Shown here one piece after another: positions 58,689 through 64,000 of a stretch of 64,000 nucleotides of DNA. Each line of letters begins with the position of its first letter. Position 1 is the first letter of the stretch. Source of the stretch: a virus; IMG/VR virus record IMGVR_UViG_3300032294_002363, positions 55,720-119,719 of that record. One strand, given 5' to 3'. Below the pieces are notes generated by a model. That model did no database searches and was not told the DNA's origin. It worked only from the letters and a program-made list of their open reading frames with translations. A program made the position numbers and the translations under genes.

Positions 58689-59522
58689 ATGTTTAATCTG
58701 AATAAGGCTAATCAAGCTATAAATAAAAATATAGATATTGAAGCATATTTTATTGGTGACCTAAAACAAGAACAAATAGAAAATCTTAAAAAATATATTG
58801 TTCCAGCTTCATCTAAAAGAGAATGGATGGACGAAAAACATCAAAGCTATGCTTACTACTGTTATCCAATGGTTGCCGCAAATCAAGCTGGATATTGGGT
58901 TCTATACAATAATGATACAGAAATCTTTTGGAATGGAGGAAATAATGTATCTGATGTAAAAATCATACATAAAGATAATCAAGATATTTTAAATACTTGC
59001 AGTTCACATTTCTCCTCTGGGATTATTACTTTTAATTTTCCGATTGTTTTTAAAACACCCCCAGGATGGGGTCTTTGGATTTCTGGCTGTCCAAATTATC
59101 CAATTAATAATCTTCAAGCACTAGAAGCCATAGTCGAAACAAACTGGTTGCCATTCACATTCACAATGAATTATAAGATAACAGAAAAGAATAGATTAAT
59201 AAAGCTAAAAAAAGGAATGCCAATTTGCAAAATGATACCATACCCATTAAATCTTAATGAGAAGACTAATCTAAAATTCGATAAGTTAGAAAATAATAAA
59301 AAACTCTATAATCAATATAACGATTGGTCGCAATCAAGATCTGAGTTTAATAAGACTATGAAAAATAGAAAAACAAATGAAAGACAATTCTTTTATAGAG
59401 ATGGAATTAATTCAAATAATGAAAATATTGCTGAGGGATATCATAAATTAAATTATAAATTTGAAGGAGATAATAAATCTATTCAAAAATGTCCATTCTT
59501 AAAGCTATTTAATAAAGTGTAA
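58689..59522 (+). CDS. DUF6065-like protein
   Basis: PASSKREWMD, YYCYPMVAANQAGY, GIITF, TNWLPFTFTMNY, YRDG. Confidence 0.65.
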   Translation: MFNLNKANQAINKNIDIEAYFIGDLKQEQIENLKKYIVPASSKREWMDEKHQSYAYYCYPMVAANQAGYWVLYNNDTEIFWNGGNNVSDVKIIHKDNQDILNTCSSHFSSGIITFNFPIVFKTPPGWGLWISGCPNYPINNLQALEAIVETNWLPFTFTMNYKITEKNRLIKLKKGMPICKMIPYPLNLNEKTNLKFDKLENNKKLYNQYNDWSQSRSEFNKTMKNRKTNERQFFYRDGINSNNENIAEGYHKLNYKFEGDNKSIQKCPFLKLFNKV

Positions 59523-59530
59523 TATTTTAT

Positions 59531-59764
59531 GTGAGCAATCAAAGTGAAGCATTAGCCATATGCTCGGAGTTTGCAGACGAATATGGTGTTGATGTAGAGG
59601 ATGGTCAAGGGATAGTGGTATATACAAAAAGTGAATATATTAATGAATTAAGAAATATGCTATTAGTAAAAGGATATAAACTATTATCCTTTAAGATATA
59701 TGGCGATGAAGCATTAATTAATTTTGTGCCAAATAATAGAAAAGAATTTGACGAAGATCTATAA
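59531..59764 (+). CDS. Hypothetical protein
   Basis: 77 aa; GTGTAA at 59517-59522. Confidence 0.6.
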   Translation: MSNQSEALAICSEFADEYGVDVEDGQGIVVYTKSEYINELRNMLLVKGYKLLSFKIYGDEALINFVPNNRKEFDEDL

Positions 59765-59770
59765 TAATAT

Positions 59771-59950
59771 ATGAGATATATACTCTCTTATATATTATAT
59801 ATAATTGGTGATATTATAAGTCGAACAACAATGCGTTTTGGCTATGGTGTAGGATATTCTGTATATAGCAAGGTAATGAATTGGAGTCTGAATTTAGATA
59901 ATGAACATAAGATTTGGAAACCTGTCAAATCAAGAGGAAAAAGAAAATGA
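59771..59950 (+). CDS. Small hypothetical protein (59 aa), not in ORF track
   Basis: MRYILSYILYIIGDIISRTTMRFGYGVGYSVYSKVMNWSLNLDNEHKIWKPVKSRGKRK; ATGA overlap with the next gene. Confidence 0.55.
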   Translation: MRYILSYILYIIGDIISRTTMRFGYGVGYSVYSKVMNWSLNLDNEHKIWKPVKSRGKRK

Positions 59951-60150
59951 TGAGTTTAAAACATATATCAAATTTAAAATTAAGTAAAAAGCAAAGAAAA
60001 AAACTTTTAGCAAAAGGAAAGCTTAGAGATCCTTTCGAAATATGGGTAGATCATCATAATCATAAATTAGAAATCATTAGAACTTGTAGTAGTTTAATTG
60101 GTGCAATTGTCTCCTCAATTGTTATGTTAAAAGTGTTTGGGATTTTATGA
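59947..60150 (+). CDS. Small protein with C-terminal TM helix (start moved to 59947)
   Basis: ATGA coupling to the upstream ORF. Confidence 0.55.
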   Translation: MMSLKHISNLKLSKKQRKKLLAKGKLRDPFEIWVDHHNHKLEIIRTCSSLIGAIVSSIVMLKVFGIL

Positions 60151-60440
60151 TTTTTAAAAAAATACTAAATTTTCTAGATAAAAGTGAACAACTTTGTCCT
60201 AAATATGGAAGTTTATATAAACTAAAAAATGAACCACTACCATTTAGATATATATTTGTTTATGGAGATGACAAAAAAGGAATACATAGATTCAAACACC
60301 ATCAATTAAAAGAATATATATTCTATGATTTCTCTCAAGTAGAAAGAGAAGCTAATCCAGAAGAAATTAGATTATATAATATTATAAAGGATTATATAGA
60401 TGAACTTGCCAGAAAAGAAAATAACTCTTACTATAATTAA
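60147..60440 (+). CDS. Hypothetical protein
   Basis: 97-aa ORF with ATGA overlap. Confidence 0.6.
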   Translation: MIFKKILNFLDKSEQLCPKYGSLYKLKNEPLPFRYIFVYGDDKKGIHRFKHHQLKEYIFYDFSQVEREANPEEIRLYNIIKDYIDELARKENNSYYN

Positions 60441-61014
60441 TGGTTCCATTGGTGGGAAAAATGGAAATACTGGATCTCTTATTAAGAAAATAAGAAAAAA
60501 AATTAATAAAATAGATCCAAATATAGCAATTAAAATTTTACATCTTCATAAAGATTTCTATTGGCCTAAAGTTAGGCATATTATTAGAGAGAGTGATGCT
60601 CTTATTTTTTGCACAGGAACATATTGGGATAGTTGGGGTTCTAATATGCAACAACTTTTCGAAAAGATGACCGAAATTGAGGGTAAAAAACATCTTCTTG
60701 GTAAGCCAGCTGGAGTAATTGTAACAATGCATTCGGTAGGAGGAAAAGAAGTTGCTTCTAGGATGCAAGGAGTTCTCTGTTCTATGGGGTGTGTTCTTCC
60801 TCCCTTTTCTGCTTTTGCATATAGTTACGCAGATCATATTGCTCACCAATCAAGATATCTTGGAAAAAAACTTTTAGATGATGTTTGGCATATCGAAGAT
60901 CTTCATGCATTTCTTTCTAATATTATTGCTTATTCTAAAGGAGAAAAAGATTGGAAAGTCTGGGACTATCTTGACACGGAAACATATAATCCTACATCTG
61001 TTTGGCTTAAATAA
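60400..61014 (+). CDS. Flavodoxin-like NAD(P)H-dependent FMN reductase
   Basis: IINGSIGGKNGNT, DALIFCTGTYW, LLGKPAGVIVT..GG. Confidence 0.8.
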   Translation: MNLPEKKITLTIINGSIGGKNGNTGSLIKKIRKKINKIDPNIAIKILHLHKDFYWPKVRHIIRESDALIFCTGTYWDSWGSNMQQLFEKMTEIEGKKHLLGKPAGVIVTMHSVGGKEVASRMQGVLCSMGCVLPPFSAFAYSYADHIAHQSRYLGKKLLDDVWHIEDLHAFLSNIIAYSKGEKDWKVWDYLDTETYNPTSVWLK

Positions 61015-61667
61015 TGAATAATGATATAAAAATAAAAGATGAAGATGGAAACTTTATTGATATTATTCATGTCGAAAGAAATGAGCAAGATCAAGCTAAA
61101 AAATATATTCATAAAAATGATATTGTTTTAGAGTTGGGTGCGAGATATGGTTCTGTATCTTGCGTAATAAATTCTAAACTTGATAATAAATATAATCAAG
61201 TAGTTGTCGAACCAGATGAAAAAGTTTGGGTAGCTTTAGAAAATAATAAAAAATTAAATCATAGTGGATTTCATATCGTAAAGGGCTTTATAAGCAAAAA
61301 AAAGTTTAATTTAAAATCAAATGGATATGCGACTACTAGTGTAGAAGATACTAAGTCAGAAATACCACATTTTGATTTGGATGATATTAGAAAAAAATAT
61401 AATCTAGAATTTAACGTTCTTATAGTGGATTGTGAAGGATGCTTAGAAACTTTTTTATTTGAAAATTTAAATCTATTAGATAGATTAAGGATGGTTATAT
61501 TCGAGGCGGATGGAAGATGCGATTATAAAAAAATAAAAAAAACTCTAGCTAAAAAAGGTTTTAAAAAAATTTTTGAAGGTCATCAAAACCTATGGCTGAA
61601 GGGTAATAGTTTATTTGAAGATAAACCAATAGAGATTAGGCAAAATCCATTAAAGAATAAATATTAA
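61014..61667 (+). CDS. FkbM-family methyltransferase
   Basis: VLELGARYG, VVVEP, VLIVDCEGC. Confidence 0.8.
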   Translation: MNNDIKIKDEDGNFIDIIHVERNEQDQAKKYIHKNDIVLELGARYGSVSCVINSKLDNKYNQVVVEPDEKVWVALENNKKLNHSGFHIVKGFISKKKFNLKSNGYATTSVEDTKSEIPHFDLDDIRKKYNLEFNVLIVDCEGCLETFLFENLNLLDRLRMVIFEADGRCDYKKIKKTLAKKGFKKIFEGHQNLWLKGNSLFEDKPIEIRQNPLKNKY

Positions 61668-61668
61668 A

Positions 61669-62475
61669 ATGATTTCAGTAATTTTAGCATCAATGAACCG
61701 AACATCTAGAGTAGCTCAAATTCTCGAATCTTGGGCAAGGCAAGAAATTATTGGGGAAATAGTAATTTGTGATTGGAGCTCGAAAGAAGAACTAATAAAT
61801 AATTCGCAAATACAAGAAATAATTACAAAATATAATAAAATTAAAATTATTAGAATTGACAATCAAGAAACTTTTAGTATGACAAAAGCATATAATTTAT
61901 CATATAAATTTACAGATACTAAATTTAAATTTTTATTAAAAATAGATGCAGATTATTTGCTGAAAGATAAGTCAATTTTTGATATTTTATTTTCATATAA
62001 TATGGACAAAAGTTTTTTTGGTGGACATAGCGAAACTCAAGATGGATGGCTTGTTTATTATGGATTCTTTTTTATAAAGAAAAAATATTATCCTACTTTC
62101 AATGAAAATCTTTTGGATACATATGGTAAAGATGATCTAGAATTATACTCTAGAATAAATAGAATATATAAATTAAAAATAAAACAAATAGATGTTTCAA
62201 AATATATATATCATATACCACATGATAGAGATATTAGATATGAAAATTATAATGTTAAAGGGCAAATATCTCGCAAAGATTTCTTAAAAAAAAAATTTAT
62301 TAAATGGTATCCTCAAGAATATAAAATAGTAGAACAAACACAACAATACATAAAAGTAGAAAAAAAGGAAAGAGACGCAAATACTCCTGACAATTATTCA
62401 ATATTAGAATATAATAAATCAACTTTTTATGAACCTGCAACAATTTTTCAGAATCCACCACTTAATAAGTATTGA
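61669..62475 (+). CDS. Glycosyltransferase (GT2/GT7-like)
   Basis: ISVILASMNR, ICDWSS, LKIDADY, FNENL..YGKDDLELY. Confidence 0.75.
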   Translation: MISVILASMNRTSRVAQILESWARQEIIGEIVICDWSSKEELINNSQIQEIITKYNKIKIIRIDNQETFSMTKAYNLSYKFTDTKFKFLLKIDADYLLKDKSIFDILFSYNMDKSFFGGHSETQDGWLVYYGFFFIKKKYYPTFNENLLDTYGKDDLELYSRINRIYKLKIKQIDVSKYIYHIPHDRDIRYENYNVKGQISRKDFLKKKFIKWYPQEYKIVEQTQQYIKVEKKERDANTPDNYSILEYNKSTFYEPATIFQNPPLNKY

Positions 62476-62500
62476 TTTTTAATAAAATATAAACTATAAT
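62472..62500 (+). promoter_or_regulatory. Sigma70-like promoter TTGATT-N17-TATAAT for tRNA-Ser
   Basis: Consensus spacing about 40 nt upstream of the tRNA. Confidence 0.6.
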
Positions 62501-62510
62501 ATATATTATA

Positions 62511-62735
62511 TTTGCTAACTAGATTATGCCAAATAAAAGGAACGATGGCTGAGTGGTCTAAAGCAGAAGTTTACTAAACTTCCGATGGTTTAATATCATC
62601 CGTAGGTTCGAATCCTACTCGTTCCAATTTGCTAACGAAAAAATGCCAAATATGAACGAAATTTTTGCAAATAAGGCAAATTTTTTATATAATCAAAATA
62701 TCTAATTTACGAACTAAAAAATGCCAAATATGAAC
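62511..62735 (+). repeat. Three imperfect direct repeats TTT(GCT/ACG)AAC-N6-ATGCCAAATA around tRNA-Ser
   Basis: Copies at 62511-62535, 62628-62652, 62706-62730; exact 20-mer AAAAAATGCCAAATATGAAC at 62638-62657 and 62716-62735. Confidence 0.7.
62539..62626 (+). tRNA. tRNA-Ser(ACU), long variable arm, A73, CCA not encoded
   Basis: Acceptor GGAACGA/TCGTTCC; D-arm GCTGAGTGGTCTAAAGC; anticodon arm GAAGT-TTACTAA-ACTTC; T-arm GTAGG-TTCGAAT-CCTAC. Confidence 0.85.
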
Positions 62736-62906
62736 AAAAAAACGCCAAATAAGCAAGCTGGAAAAGGTGACTCACCTCGAAATTGTTTCTCTCATAGTTT
62801 TAAACAAAACTATGATAGTATAAAATGGTCAGAGAATAACAATAAGTCATTGATTAAAAAAGAATTAAAAAAACCAAACGGCTCATCCACATATATTTAC
62901 AAATAA
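62721..62906 (+). CDS. Small hypothetical protein (GKGDSPRN motif)
   Basis: 61 aa; the start lies within a repeat copy. Confidence 0.55.
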   Translation: MPNMNKKTPNKQAGKGDSPRNCFSHSFKQNYDSIKWSENNNKSLIKKELKKPNGSSTYIYK

Positions 62907-62917
62907 TTTTTACTCTC

Positions 62918-62946
62918 TTGACTATATTTACAGAGTATAGTAAGAT
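62918..62946 (+). promoter_or_regulatory. Sigma70-like promoter TTGACT-N17-TAAGAT
   Basis: Upstream of uvsE. Confidence 0.55.
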
Positions 62947-62952
62947 CAAAGT

Positions 62953-63852
62953 ATGAATCGAAAAGGAGTTTGTTGTATTGTATTAAGTCTAACTGAACAA
63001 GATAACCCTATCAAGTTCAATACTATGACTTATGCTCGTTTCTCTACTATGTCTAGATCAGAAGCATTATCTACGCTTTCTTCTAGAATATTAAACAATA
63101 TGACTACTACTTATCAATACATAAAATATTGTGCAGATCATAATCATACTTATAGAATTTCTTCTGATCTATTTCCTCTTATTACTTATGACAAAGCAAA
63201 TGTAAGGCTAGAAGATTTACCAGACTATCATAAAATATTAGTATCATTTGATAGTATGAAACATCTTATTCAATCTAGGAATGTTAGAGTGTCTTGCCAT
63301 CCTAGTGAATTTAATGTTCTTGCAAGTGATAATGATAATGCAGTAACTAAAACAATCAAAGAATTAAATCACTATGGTTGGTTTATGACTCAAATCGGTT
63401 GTCCTCTTAACTATGATTCTCCTATGAATATGCACATACATAATTCCAAGGGTAATCTAAATGACATAGTAAAGAAGTTTATGAGCAACTTTGAAAAATT
63501 ATCAGATGATGTTAAGTCTAGATTAGTAATAGAAAATGACGATAAAGATACTTGCTGGTCAGTCAAGAAACTTATGAAGTATTTTCATTCTGTTTCTAAT
63601 ATTCCTATTACTTTTGATTATCTTCATCACAAATGCTATCCAGATAATCTATCAGAAGAACAAGCATTTCATCTTGCTCGAATTACTTGGGGCAATCATA
63701 CTCCGTTATTTCATTATTCAGAAAGTATTGATGGTCATAAAAATCCACGCAAACACGCCGATTATGCAACTCGTTTGCCAGACACATACGGACATAATAT
63801 AGATGTTGATTTTGAATTAAAAATGAAAGAACAATCTTTTGCTAAACTATGA
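62953..63852 (+). CDS. uvsE: UV damage endonuclease
   Basis: YRISSDLFP, SCHP, MHIH, LVIENDDK, TFDYLHH, HYSE, HADY, DFELKMKE. Confidence 0.92.
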   Translation: MNRKGVCCIVLSLTEQDNPIKFNTMTYARFSTMSRSEALSTLSSRILNNMTTTYQYIKYCADHNHTYRISSDLFPLITYDKANVRLEDLPDYHKILVSFDSMKHLIQSRNVRVSCHPSEFNVLASDNDNAVTKTIKELNHYGWFMTQIGCPLNYDSPMNMHIHNSKGNLNDIVKKFMSNFEKLSDDVKSRLVIENDDKDTCWSVKKLMKYFHSVSNIPITFDYLHHKCYPDNLSEEQAFHLARITWGNHTPLFHYSESIDGHKNPRKHADYATRLPDTYGHNIDVDFELKMKEQSFAKL

Positions 63853-64000
63853 AAGTTTGCGTAAAATGTAAAGTTTCAAAACCTATCACAGATTTTAGAC
63901 TTCATTCCAAAGGAGAAGGAATTAATTATCGTAGACCAGAATGTATAGAGTGTGAAAAAAGTTATCAAAAGAAAAGAACTGCTAGTAAATTTAGAAAAAA
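63849..64000 (+). CDS. Partial ORF with CxxC..CxxC, HNH/homing-endonuclease-associated type; 3'-truncated
   Basis: MKVCVKCKVSKPITDFRLHSKGEGINYRRPECIECEK; ATGA overlap with uvsE. Confidence 0.6.
   Translation, partial: MKVCVKCKVSKPITDFRLHSKGEGINYRRPECIECEKSYQKKRTASKFRK

Noticed and set aside
62571-62577. Amber suppressor tRNA (CUA) or stop-codon reassignment
   Set aside because: CTA is off-centre in the 7-nt loop, so the anticodon is ACT; conserved genes are intact under the standard code.
62511-62735. Mini CRISPR array
   Set aside because: Repeats are degenerate, non-palindromic and unevenly spaced (117 and 78 nt), and one interval is a tRNA.
5133-63802. Shadow ORFs in the track (e.g. 5133, 7377, 7750, 10718, 11399, 16240, 19318, 19745, 19948, 22288, 24388, 26793, 32608, 32837, 33394, 33512, 34611, 39509, 40216, 42102, 46728, 48188, 49315, 49948, 50031, 55296, 55592, 60538, 63614)
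   Set aside because: They lie antisense to, or out of frame within, well-supported genes and show no recognisable motifs.

Overview
This window is part of a large, very AT-rich (roughly 25% GC by eye) dsDNA tailed-phage genome; no integrase or host housekeeping context is visible, and the standard code explains all ORFs. Layout: (1) 1-5000 (+) probable virion/tail genes, including an FG-GAP propeller protein; (2) 5001-20040 (-) replication/recombination block (DnaE split into PHP, exonuclease and core genes, Cas4/RecB-like nuclease, primase, ThyX, DnaB, RecA) with a GT4/GT9 gene pair; (3) 20021-30159 (-) 11-gene sugar-nucleotide/glycosyltransferase island (Gmd, ColD-type dehydratase); (4) 30200-39300 probable late/structural genes, many preceded by a GTGTAA motif; (5) RNA cluster of tRNA-Thr(UGU), tmRNA and a candidate structured ncRNA; (6) NrdAB, sigma factor, dNMP kinase, dCMP deaminase, GMP-reductase-like enzyme and PurA; (7) a second candidate ncRNA, then large Cys/Gly-rich genes; (8) FMN reductase, FkbM, GT2, tRNA-Ser with the rare ACU anticodon, and UvsE. 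The most striking observation is a homolog of plant/algal peptidyl-Ser O-galactosyltransferase / Hyp arabinosyltransferase (GT96/GT95-like, 57473-58351) lying 1.7 kb from a gene with an extensin-like SPPPPP tract (55723-55794), suggesting a phage-encoded plant-type protein O-glycosylation system. All family calls come from motif recognition by eye, without database searches.
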